From positions 1-32,000 of IMG/VR virus record IMGVR_UViG_3300006802_000085: 32,000 bases of DNA; one strand, written 5' to 3'. Source of the stretch: a virus. The translations under genes and the position numbers were made by a program. Shown in pieces: positions 6,689-14,130 of the stretch. The notes beneath the pieces were generated by a model that made no database searches, was not told the DNA's origin, and saw nothing but the letters and a program-made list of their open reading frames with translations. The first letter of the stretch is position 1, and every line of letters starts with the position of its first letter.

Positions 6689-6741
6689 CAACGACCCGCC
6701 TTGACATGCGGGTCGCGACCGACGTACGGTGAAATCCTCTG

Positions 6742-6789
6742 AAGGCGTGGGCGCTTCCCTTCCCCGGGTGCCCGCGCCTTCTTCTTTTG
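6742..6789 (+). terminator. Rho-independent terminator after the tRNA cluster
   Basis: 11-bp stem AAGGCGTGGGC / GCCCGCGCCTT with a 17-nt loop, followed by CTTCTTTT. Confidence 0.6.
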
Positions 6790-6794
6790 ACGGC

Positions 6795-6816
6795 CGCGTT
6801 TACCCGGGTAGACGCG
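6795..6816. promoter_or_regulatory. Palindromic element, copy 1 (CGCGTTTACCCGGGTAGACGCG)
   Basis: 22-bp dyad with one mismatch, 3 nt upstream of GAGGAGG (6820-6826) and GTG 6833. One of three copies. Confidence 0.6.
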
Positions 6817-6832
6817 CGTGAGGAGGCGGGCC

Positions 6833-7312
6833 GTGGGCTACTTCACGCAGACCGACCTAGAGAACGCGCTCAGCGTTGCGATCGTCAAGGCCATCTACGA
6901 CGACGACCGCGACGGTAGCGCGGACGAAGCAGCCGTCGCCGCGTGCATCGCCTACGGCTCGGCCATGTGCGACAGCTTCCTGCGCAAGATCGGCAGCAGC
7001 GCGGGCGGTGGTGCCGCGGTAACGCTCCCGCTGGCGACCGTGCCCGACGAGGTGAAGTTCGCCGCGCTCGACTTCGGCATCGCCTACAGCGTGCGGCGCC
7101 GCCCCGACATCGTGCGCGCGACCGGCGAGCAGCCGTGGACGGTCTTCTACGAGCAGGCGGTCGAGCAGATGAAGCGGTACATCTCCTCGATGCAGATGGT
7201 GAGCGCGACGGCGATGTCGCACGCCACCGTCGGCGGCAGCATCTTCGAGGGGCCCACCGGCACGGCGCTGCCCGCTCCGCGGTGGGGCAGCTCGTGGGGC
7301 GACTACTCGTGA
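6833..7312 (+). CDS. Head-tail connector protein, Mu gp36 / DUF1320-like
   Basis: GTG 6833 lies 6 nt after GAGGAGG. GYFTQTDLENAL...AAVAACIAYGSAMCDSFLRK...LPLATVPDEVKFAALDFGIAYSVRRR follows the DUF1320 pattern (Y.t..dl...ai..A...id.yL...Y.lPl...P..l......ia.Y.l..rr). Confidence 0.65.
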   Translation: MGYFTQTDLENALSVAIVKAIYDDDRDGSADEAAVAACIAYGSAMCDSFLRKIGSSAGGGAAVTLPLATVPDEVKFAALDFGIAYSVRRRPDIVRATGEQPWTVFYEQAVEQMKRYISSMQMVSATAMSHATVGGSIFEGPTGTALPAPRWGSSWGDYS

Positions 7313-7392
7313 ACCATGCGCGTAGGGGACGCGGACGTGCAGGTGCTGATCGTGTTCGCGGTCTTCATCGCGGCTGAGGCGCTGCGCCTCCT

Positions 7393-7854
7393 ATGGCGTT
7401 GGTGGAGGTGGCGGTGATCGAGGTCAAGGTCGACACATCCGCCTTCGTGCGCTGGCTCCGTCGCGCAAACGAGCAGGTGCGCATCGCTGCCAAGCAGACG
7501 CTCGGGCAGGGCGTCGCCCTCGGCGTCGCGCACGCGAAGGCGACCACCAAGTTCAAGGACCGAACGACCGCGCTGCGCAAGAGCATCGGCCGCGAGCCCC
7601 GCGGTGAATGGGGGTGGCGGCTCGTGGCAGGCGCGCCGCACGCGCGCTTCGTCGAGTCAGGCACCAAACCGCACGTCATCGAGGCTCGCCGCGCCCGCGC
7701 CCTTCGCTTCGTGTGGCATGGCGAACTCAGGTTCGCGCGGCGCGTGAACCACCCCGGCACCAAGCCCACCCACTTCATGCGCGACGCCGCGGCCGAGGTC
7801 GAGCGGTTCCTCGACGCGCGCATGGGTCAACACATCACCAACGCGTTGAGGTAG
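7393..7854 (+). CDS. HK97 gp10-like head-tail joining / tail completion protein
   Basis: ATG 7393. AKATTKFKDRTTALRKSI...GAPHARFVESGTKPH...HPGTKPTHFMRDA matches the HK97_gp10 family pattern (tG.Lr.si....Ya..vE.Gt....pf). Confidence 0.65.
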   Translation: MALVEVAVIEVKVDTSAFVRWLRRANEQVRIAAKQTLGQGVALGVAHAKATTKFKDRTTALRKSIGREPRGEWGWRLVAGAPHARFVESGTKPHVIEARRARALRFVWHGELRFARRVNHPGTKPTHFMRDAAAEVERFLDARMGQHITNALR

Positions 7855-7858
7855 AGCG

Positions 7859-8857
7859 GTGCCCTACGGCTTGCAGCGGTGGAAGCACGGCGGCGTCGAA
7901 TACCCGCTGACGAGCGCCACGACCAACTCGCTTCTGCGCGACGCCGACCCCGCGGTCTATTACGCGCTCGACTTGTTCGCGACGGTGATCAGGGAGTACG
8001 TCGGCGACCGCCTGCTCGCGCAGGCCGCGCTAGAAGGCCTGCGGTTCCCGAGCGCGGTGGAGCGCACGCTGCACTTCGAGCCGTCGCCGTTCCTGCAGGC
8101 GCACGACATGGTGTTCCCGGTGCTCGCGCTGTACCGCACCGAGGAGGGGTGGGACCAGCACACGGTGTCGTTCGAGAAGGACACGAGCACGTGGACATGG
8201 TGCTACGTGCTGCCGCCGCTCACGCCGCGGCAGATCGAGCAGCTCAACCCCATCCTGCGCTCCGTCGCGGTGGTGATGAGCACCTTCGGCATGCAGAGCT
8301 TCGACCCGTCCTGGGAGGCGGGCGCGACGCTGCGCGACAAGAGCGGCATCCAGAAGATGATCGCCGGGCCCGTGCGCTACCTCGACATCGAGATGCTCGA
8401 CGGCGGACAAGACCAGTGGTGGCGCGCGGTGAGCGGCAAGCTCATCGTGCAGGAGCGCAGCGCGCTCGTTACCGACGCCCTCGACACGTTCGAGGGCGCG
8501 AACGTGACGCTCGACATGGACCCGACCGAGAGCGGCGGCAACGTCGTCGAGGAGTTCGTCGAGGCGCGCAGCTACCCCGCGCCCGTCATCACCGCCATCC
8601 TACCCGACAGCGGGAGCAAGGTGGGCAGCGTCCCCTTCACCGTCCAGGGCACGGGCTTTCGCCCGGGTACCCCGGCGAAGGTGCTCATCGGCGGCAGCTA
8701 CGCGTCGAGCGTGGTGGTCGCCTCGCCGTTCGCGGTCACCGGGCTCACGCCCGAGCACGAGGCGTCGCCGACGTACGCAGCCGACGTGCAAGTGATCGAC
8801 GCCGACGGCAACGCGTCGAACGTGCTCGATGGCGCGTACACGTTCACGACGCCGTGA
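7859..8857 (+). CDS. Tail-proximal structural protein with C-terminal IPT/TIG (Ig-like) domain
   Basis: GTG 7859. The N-terminal roughly 240 aa are unassigned and sit in a tail terminator/completion position. C-terminal PVITAILPDSGSKVGSVPFTVQGTGFRPGTPAKVLIGG...VTGLTPEH...VQVIDADGNASN...YTF fits the IPT/TIG pattern. Confidence 0.55.
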   Translation: MPYGLQRWKHGGVEYPLTSATTNSLLRDADPAVYYALDLFATVIREYVGDRLLAQAALEGLRFPSAVERTLHFEPSPFLQAHDMVFPVLALYRTEEGWDQHTVSFEKDTSTWTWCYVLPPLTPRQIEQLNPILRSVAVVMSTFGMQSFDPSWEAGATLRDKSGIQKMIAGPVRYLDIEMLDGGQDQWWRAVSGKLIVQERSALVTDALDTFEGANVTLDMDPTESGGNVVEEFVEARSYPAPVITAILPDSGSKVGSVPFTVQGTGFRPGTPAKVLIGGSYASSVVVASPFAVTGLTPEHEASPTYAADVQVIDADGNASNVLDGAYTFTTP

Positions 8858-8878
8858 CCCCCCAAGAGGAGACCAAGA

Positions 8879-9292
8879 ATGCAGCTCAGATTCTACGCGC
8901 GGGGTACCGCGCTCGTCGCCGACGTCCACGCGCAGGAGCACCCCACGCACCCGGTGCGTCGGTTCATCGGTCGCAGGTGGCAGGAGGTGGCGCCTGGCGA
9001 GTGGGGGTGGTGCCCCACCGAAGAGCCGCAGGCGGTCGCCTACCACCACGACGTCGCGCGCGCGGCGCGCGACGGTGACCTCTGGCCAGCCGACGCCGAA
9101 ACGGCGCGCGCGGTCGGTGTTCCCTTCGACCCCGACTTCGGCGGCGAGGCGACGGAAACGATCAAGGCGTGGCGCGCTCGCGCACACGCGCAGAGTGCGG
9201 CAGCGCCTCCGGGTCCTCCCCCTTCCCCGGAGGTCGCTGCTGCGCCGTCGTCGGACGAGGCCCCGCGTCGGGGCGGAAAGGGTGAGAGATAA
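8879..9292 (+). CDS. Hypothetical protein (137 aa)
   Basis: ATG 8879 with GAGGAG upstream. Its stop TAA overlaps the sheath ATG (TAATG). High GC3. Confidence 0.5.
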   Translation: MQLRFYARGTALVADVHAQEHPTHPVRRFIGRRWQEVAPGEWGWCPTEEPQAVAYHHDVARAARDGDLWPADAETARAVGVPFDPDFGGEATETIKAWRARAHAQSAAAPPGPPPSPEVAAAPSSDEAPRRGGKGER

Positions 9293-10821
9293 TGCCTGGT
9301 GCAATCGTCGTCCCGGGGTTGTCGGCTGACGATCCGACCCCGGGCAATTACCTCTCCATCGACTTCGCCCAAGGCGAGGCCGCGGGCTCGGGCTCGCCCA
9401 TCGAGGTCATCCTCATGGGCAACATGCTCAGCACGGGGTCTGCTACCGCCGACACGATCGTCTACGGACCGGACACCGTCGTGCAGCTCCAGACAGAGCA
9501 GGACGCGATCGACCTGTTCGGCACGGGCTCGGAGCTGCACCGCATGTTCCGGCGCTTCGTGAAGGTCAACAAGTCGACCACGCTCCGCGCCATCGCCGTC
9601 AGCGAGAGCGCGGGTTCGCAGGCGACGGGCACGTTCCGCTTCGTGGGCACCGCCACCGCCAACGGCACGGCGCGCCTGTACGTGCACGACGAGGTGATCG
9701 AGGTCGGCATCGCCACCAACGACACCGCGTCGACGGCGGCCACGAACATGGCCAACGCCATCAACCAGCAGTCACACTGGGGCGTCACCGCCGCCGCGAC
9801 GGCGACGGGCACGTGGGGCTTCGTCACGCTCACGGCGCGGCAGAAGGGTCCGCGCGGGAACGAGATCCGGTACCAGCCCGGCATCAGCCCCAACATCGGG
9901 CTCACCATCCCCACCGCCATCGATCTCCCGCTCGCCGACGGCGCGACCGCGGACAGCAACACCTCCGCGCTCTCGACGATCAACAACTCGAAGTACTACT
10001 ACATCGTGCCCGCCGCGACGGACGCGACGCAGCTCAACGCCGTCAGCGCGCAGATCAACACGAACGCAGCGCCCACCATCGGCATCCGTCAGCGGTGGAT
10101 CGCCGGAAGCGTCGACACCATCTCGAACACGAACTCCATCGCGACCGGGCGCAACAGCGCGCGCGGCGAGTTGGTGTGGAGCGAGAAGTCGCCGTGGACG
10201 GGCGCGGAGTTGGCGGCGAACCACGCCGCGGTCGTCACCCTCTTCGAGGTCAAGCCGAACCCGCGCACCAACTTCGCGGGCTTCGGAAACGACGGCGCGA
10301 CGGCACCGTACTGGCTCGTGCCGCGCCCGCGCCTCGACAGCGCGATCCCGTCGCGGACGAACATCAAGAGCGCGCTCAACAACGGCGTCTCGCCCATCGG
10401 CGTCAACCCGAACGGCACCACCTACTTCGTCAACCGCATCACCACGCGCTCGCTCAACGGGTCGAACAACGACTACCGTATCCGCGACGCGCACAAGGTC
10501 ACGATCTGCGACTTCTTCGGCGAGGACCTCCTCGCGAAGATCAGCCTGCAGTTCCCCGGCATGCGCATCGGCGACGACGCGCCCGACGGTGCGCCGCAGC
10601 CTGGTCCGAACGTGCTGACGCCGCGGCGTCTGCGCAACTGCGTCTTCGGCCTCATCGACGTCTACAGCGGGAACGACCTGCTGCAGGACGTCGACAAGAT
10701 CAAGGAGGCGACGCTGGTGCAGCGCGAGACGAACCCGCGCACCCGCATGGGTGTGCGTGTTCCGCTCCGCCCCATCGACAACTTCCTGCAGTCCGCGATC
10801 CACGTTCCGCAGGTGGCCTGA
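9292..10821 (+). CDS. Contractile tail sheath protein (Mu gpL-like)
   Basis: 509 aa directly upstream of the tube gene. Size, position and sheath-like segments (GNYLSIDFAQGEAAG...YYYIVPAATD...NGVSPIGVNPNGTTYFVNRITT) support the call. Confidence 0.85.
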   Translation: MPGAIVVPGLSADDPTPGNYLSIDFAQGEAAGSGSPIEVILMGNMLSTGSATADTIVYGPDTVVQLQTEQDAIDLFGTGSELHRMFRRFVKVNKSTTLRAIAVSESAGSQATGTFRFVGTATANGTARLYVHDEVIEVGIATNDTASTAATNMANAINQQSHWGVTAAATATGTWGFVTLTARQKGPRGNEIRYQPGISPNIGLTIPTAIDLPLADGATADSNTSALSTINNSKYYYIVPAATDATQLNAVSAQINTNAAPTIGIRQRWIAGSVDTISNTNSIATGRNSARGELVWSEKSPWTGAELAANHAAVVTLFEVKPNPRTNFAGFGNDGATAPYWLVPRPRLDSAIPSRTNIKSALNNGVSPIGVNPNGTTYFVNRITTRSLNGSNNDYRIRDAHKVTICDFFGEDLLAKISLQFPGMRIGDDAPDGAPQPGPNVLTPRRLRNCVFGLIDVYSGNDLLQDVDKIKEATLVQRETNPRTRMGVRVPLRPIDNFLQSAIHVPQVA

Positions 10822-10870
10822 CCGCAAGTCACGCACCTTCATCACGCGCCGCCGACGAAAGGCACCCCCT

Positions 10871-10975
10871 GGGCGTCGACGCGCATCTCCCCCCTCAAGC
10901 CCGGCCGCGCGGTAGCGCGGATCCCTCCTCCCGGGTTCGCGGCGGTCGATGCGCGTCGACGCCCTTTTTCTGTTT
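10871..10975 (+). terminator. Long structured element / terminator between sheath and tube
   Basis: A perfect 16-nt inverted repeat, GGGCGTCGACGCGCAT (10871-10886) and ATGCGCGTCGACGCCC (10949-10964), encloses an inner hairpin CCGCGC-GGTA-GCGCGG and is followed by TTTTTCTGTTT. Confidence 0.5.
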
Positions 10976-10990
10976 CAAGGAGTCATCGAC

Positions 10991-11368
10991 ATGTCCGAAT
11001 TCCAGCTCTACGCCCTCGCCTACGTTCTCGTCGACGGAGCGATCCTCACGCAGGAGGGTCAGGTCAGCGTCAACCGCAGCACCAACTCGCAGCCGGTCAA
11101 CACCGTCGCCCTCGGCTACGCGGGCGAGAGCCCCGGTGCGGCGATGGTCGAGATCCAGGTGCGCAACGCCGTACCTTCCGCCGACTTCGAGATGAACCCC
11201 GGTCGCTACATGACCAAGCTGAAGGAGGTCGAGATCGGCGTGCTCGGTCCGGGCGGCAAGCAGCTCACCGCGCGCGGCTTCATCATCAGCGACACGTTCG
11301 AGCACTCGGTCAACTCCGAGTCGTCGCTCTCGTTCAACTTCCGCGGCAAGTACAAGGACTGGGTGTGA
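10991..11368 (+). CDS. Tail tube protein (Mu gpM-like)
   Basis: ATG 10991 with AAGGAG (10976-10981). A 125-aa beta-rich protein directly after the sheath gene. Confidence 0.75.
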   Translation: MSEFQLYALAYVLVDGAILTQEGQVSVNRSTNSQPVNTVALGYAGESPGAAMVEIQVRNAVPSADFEMNPGRYMTKLKEVEIGVLGPGGKQLTARGFIISDTFEHSVNSESSLSFNFRGKYKDWV

Positions 11369-11370
11369 GC

Positions 11371-11544
11371 GTGCGCCGCGCGCTCGTGCTCGCGGTGGCG
11401 GCGCACGCCGTCGTCATCGCGCTCGTGCTCTCCGCCACCGCGTCCTGCTACGACGCGACGACGAAGCCGCCGCCGTGCCCCGAGGGCGCGCGGTGGCCCG
11501 ACCCGTGCGCGGGCGGTGCAGCCGCCGACGCTGGCGTGGACTAG
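11371..11544 (+). CDS. Small putative lipoprotein / secreted peptide (57 aa)
   Basis: GTG 11371 lies 2 nt after the tube stop. MRRALVLAVAAHAVVIALVLSATASC resembles a signal peptide ending in Cys. High GC3. Below the ORF-track size cutoff. Confidence 0.35.
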   Translation: MRRALVLAVAAHAVVIALVLSATASCYDATTKPPPCPEGARWPDPCAGGAAADAGVD

Positions 11545-11573
11545 AACATGTGCGCATGCGCTAGGATGAGGCG

Positions 11574-11900
11574 ATGACCACCCCCTATCGCACACCCGCC
11601 GAGATGTTGCCTCAACCTCTGGGTCCGCGATGGGCGAGTCCCTTCAGCCGTTGGCTCGTGCGCCTCGCCCATCGCTTCCACGTCCCGCTCCGGTTCGTGC
11701 ACGTACCCCGGAGGCCCGGGGTATCTGCAGGACCGGGCACATGTCGGTGTCGCGAATGTACCGGCATCATGCGCGACATCACCGCTGCGCGAGAGGGTAT
11801 CTCCCACGCGCGCGCGCAACGCGAGTTGGCGTTCGAGAAGGTTCGACGCCTGCCACTGCGCCCGAAAAGCCCCAGCGCCCCCGTCGACCTCAAGGAGTGA
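11574..11900 (+). CDS. Questionable ORF (108 aa) in a structured, lower-GC3 region
   Basis: ATG 11574 with GAGG upstream. Hand-counted GC3 is only about 74 percent, against near 90 percent in neighbouring genes. Contains CRCRECTG. The region also holds two perfect hairpins. Confidence 0.3.
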   Translation: MTTPYRTPAEMLPQPLGPRWASPFSRWLVRLAHRFHVPLRFVHVPRRPGVSAGPGTCRCRECTGIMRDITAAREGISHARAQRELAFEKVRRLPLRPKSPSAPVDLKE

Positions 11901-11905
11901 CCGTC

Positions 11906-12292
11906 ATGAACGAAGAGATCACCGCGCTCTACGCCCTCGTCGTCGCGCACAAGTGGATCCCGCTCGGTGCCCTCGTCATCGGGCTCGTCGTGCGCCTGCT
12001 CAAGAGCGACACGAAGATCCCAATCGACCTCCCGCCGGTGTGGCGCCTGCGCACCGCCATCGCGCTCAGCATCGCCGGGGCCGTGCTCCAACGCATCTCT
12101 ACCGGTGTGACGTGGAGGCAGGCGGCGATCGAGGGGTTGTTCGCGCTCGCGCTCGCGGTGCTCGGTCACAACCTGGTCATCGACAACCTGCGCGCGGGCA
12201 AGGAGTTCGCGGTGCCGCTGCTCACCAAGCCCGGCACGCCACCGGGCCCGGGTAAGCCCCCCAGCTTGCCGCCCCCGCCCGCGGCGACGTAG
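11906..12292 (+). CDS. Membrane protein (128 aa, about 3 TM segments, Pro-rich tail); holin-like topology
   Basis: ATG 11906 with AAGGAG (11892-11897). Hydrophobic segments WIPLGALVIGLVVRLL, LRTAIALSIAGAVL and IEGLFALALAVLGHNLVI. Confidence 0.55.
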   Translation: MNEEITALYALVVAHKWIPLGALVIGLVVRLLKSDTKIPIDLPPVWRLRTAIALSIAGAVLQRISTGVTWRQAAIEGLFALALAVLGHNLVIDNLRAGKEFAVPLLTKPGTPPGPGKPPSLPPPPAAT

Positions 12293-12302
12293 ACTGGTCG
12301 CC

Positions 12303-13190
12303 ATGGCCGATGGCGATGGGGAATGCGCGGTGCCGACGATCGCGACAACGGCGACGCGGGGCGAGTTCGAGTTGAAGATCGACGACAAGTTGGTCGTGGA
12401 CGTGTTGGACCGGAACGCCTACGACGAGGACGGGTACGGCCCCGTCTGGTCGCTGCGGACACGACTCACGTACTTTTTCGAACACGTGCGGCAGGTGCTC
12501 GCGTCCGTCACCCGCTGCGGCGACCGCTGGATTGGCGTGGATTGGCCGGGCATCGGCGACCCCGTGCTCGTGGTGACGGCGGCCCGTGACGACGGTGCCA
12601 TCCCCCTGGCCACGTTCGAGGAGCATGCGGTGATGGCGTGGTCCATGTACTTCGATGCCGGTGAGATCGCGGTACGTGTGCGCGCGGTGGACTTCGACCC
12701 GCGCGCGGCGCTGCATGCGTTCGAGGTCGACGCTGATGGCCAACACGCAGCCATCGTCGACGCGCTGCTGGAGGCGCATGCGATCCCGTTCGCCGACGAT
12801 GTCGACCTCTCGCAGATCGACGTCGTGCGCAAGCACGTCACGAGCGTGTTTGCGCGGTCGACTCTGGAGTCGGCGTGGCGCATGCTCAGGCTCGCGACGC
12901 TCGGCCCCGACGATGTTCGGCGCCGAGCGTTGTTGCGAGTCGCGCATCTGATCCTCAAGTCGCACATCACCAACAACCCAGCCGACGCCGTCGCCTCGTT
13001 GATGGCTCAGGTCAGGGCCAGGTTCCAGGATCTTGGGGACGGGGTGTACCAGGTCACGTCGATCTCCGCGTCGAGCGGTGTCCCGGCCGATATGTTGCGA
13101 CGTCCGCGAACGCGTCTACGCCAGACGCAGGGGTTCCCACCCGGACCTCACTGCGTGTTCGAGCGCGGGCGTCGGCCGAAGTCGCGTTGA
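12303..13190 (+). CDS. Hypothetical protein (295 aa), accessory
   Basis: ATG 12303. Protein-like composition, whereas the antisense ORF 12222-12965 is Arg-rich junk. No family recognised. Confidence 0.55.
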   Translation: MADGDGECAVPTIATTATRGEFELKIDDKLVVDVLDRNAYDEDGYGPVWSLRTRLTYFFEHVRQVLASVTRCGDRWIGVDWPGIGDPVLVVTAARDDGAIPLATFEEHAVMAWSMYFDAGEIAVRVRAVDFDPRAALHAFEVDADGQHAAIVDALLEAHAIPFADDVDLSQIDVVRKHVTSVFARSTLESAWRMLRLATLGPDDVRRRALLRVAHLILKSHITNNPADAVASLMAQVRARFQDLGDGVYQVTSISASSGVPADMLRRPRTRLRQTQGFPPGPHCVFERGRRPKSR

Positions 13191-13335
13191 TGTCGACGGC
13201 GCTCGGTGCCCCCAGGACGTGCCAGGACGCGCGCGCGATGGCGCTGCGGCTACCCCCCGCCCCCAAGCTCTAGAGCCGTGCCTAGCCCCCGCGCAGGGGC
13301 GGCAAACCACACCCTTGAAGGAGGGACCCCGCAAC

Positions 13336-14130
13336 ATGACCATGCAAGCGTTGGCGCGCGGCCGAGCCGCCGCCGAGGAGAAGCCCGAACCCATGGCGCC
13401 GAGCGCGCTCTGGGCTGCCCTCACCGCCGTGCCCCGGCCCTCGCGCGAGGTCCCGCTGCCGCGCAACCTGCCTGGGACCGACACGCCCGTGGGCAGGGTG
13501 CTGGTGTGGCCGCTCACGCAAGAGGAGCAGATGGCCTGCAACACCGAGGCCGACCGCTTCGTGCGTGCGTTGATGAAGGAGGCCGTCAAGAAGGGTGAGG
13601 AGTCGCTCGGCTACACGCACTCGTTCACGAACGAGACCGCGGTGCAGGTGCTCTTCCGCGCGTGCCGCGATCCGCAAGACCCGAAGCGACCGGCGTTCCC
13701 GAGCCCGGCGGCGATGCGCGGCGAGTTGACGAGCGACGAGGTCGGTGTCCTGTTCGCGAGCTACTGCACGGTGCAGGCCGAACTCGGACCCATTCGCGCG
13801 TACCTCACCGAGGAGGAGAGCGAGGCGCTCATCCTGCGACTCGTCGAAGGCGGCTCCGCGTACCCTTTCGATTCGCTCTCCTGGGAAGCGCAGAGGACCC
13901 TGGTGAGTTTTTTGGCGTCCCGGCTTGCGAGTTGCTGGATTGCCATCTCCTCTGCTGGCTTGCCGCTCGACGTGAGCACGCTCGTCTCCGAGTGGCTGCA
14001 GAGCAGGAAGAGCGACGACGCATCCTCGATACCGCCCGGCATCAACGACGACGCTGACGACGACGACGCGCCCACCAACGACGCACCCGCGTCTACCCGG
14101 GTAGACGCGGAGGAGCCGAGCGACCCGTGA
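13336..14130 (+). CDS. Putative tail assembly chaperone (264 aa, acidic C-terminus)
   Basis: ATG 13336 with GAAGGAGGG upstream. Lies just upstream of the tape measure and ends in an acidic tail (DDADDDDAPTNDAP...EEPSDP). The call rests mainly on position. Confidence 0.5.
   Translation: MTMQALARGRAAAEEKPEPMAPSALWAALTAVPRPSREVPLPRNLPGTDTPVGRVLVWPLTQEEQMACNTEADRFVRALMKEAVKKGEESLGYTHSFTNETAVQVLFRACRDPQDPKRPAFPSPAAMRGELTSDEVGVLFASYCTVQAELGPIRAYLTEEESEALILRLVEGGSAYPFDSLSWEAQRTLVSFLASRLASCWIAISSAGLPLDVSTLVSEWLQSRKSDDASSIPPGINDDADDDDAPTNDAPASTRVDAEEPSDP
14087..14110. promoter_or_regulatory. Palindromic element, copy 2 (perfect 24-mer CCGCGTCTACCCGGGTAGACGCGG)
   Basis: A perfect dyad embedded in the last 44 nt of the chaperone ORF and abutting GGAGGAG (14109-14115), upstream of GTG 14127. 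Confidence 0.6.

Noticed and set aside
6787-6814. Sigma70-type promoter TTGACG-16-TAGACG as the general explanation for the palindrome
   Set aside because: The -35-like hexamer is present only at copy 1. Copies 2 and 3 have no comparable upstream hexamer, so the dyad itself is not simply a promoter.
6818-6832. GTG 6818 as the start of the gp36-like gene (ORF track)
   Set aside because: The GAGGAGG RBS would then lie inside the coding sequence (MRRRAV...). GTG 6833 sits 6 nt downstream of that RBS.
7316-7414. 32-aa hydrophobic/Trp-Arg-rich mini-ORF between the gp36-like and gp10-like genes
   Set aside because: It has high GC3 and an ATG, but no clear RBS. It is very short and overlaps the next gene's start. 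The evidence is too weak to list it as a feature.
10949-10990. ATG 10949 as the start of the tail tube gene (ORF track)
   Set aside because: It lies inside the 3' arm of the terminator-like hairpin and has no RBS. ATG 10991 has AAGGAG at ideal spacing.
13112-13128. Extra copies or half-sites of the palindrome (GCGTCT-N5-AGACGC at 13112-13128; GCGTCTAC at about 508, 22491 and 24835)
   Set aside because: These are isolated half-sites that coincide with common Arg-Val-Tyr codons (CGC GTC TAC) inside genes. They have no dyad partner and no RBS association.
14058-14130. Programmed -1 frameshift joining the chaperone candidate to the 14127-14309 frame
   Set aside because: The -1 frame is open only over this 73-nt stretch, and no slippery X_XXY_YYZ heptamer is in register. 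ACCCGGGT is out of phase. Independent initiation at GTG 14127 with an RBS explains the layout.
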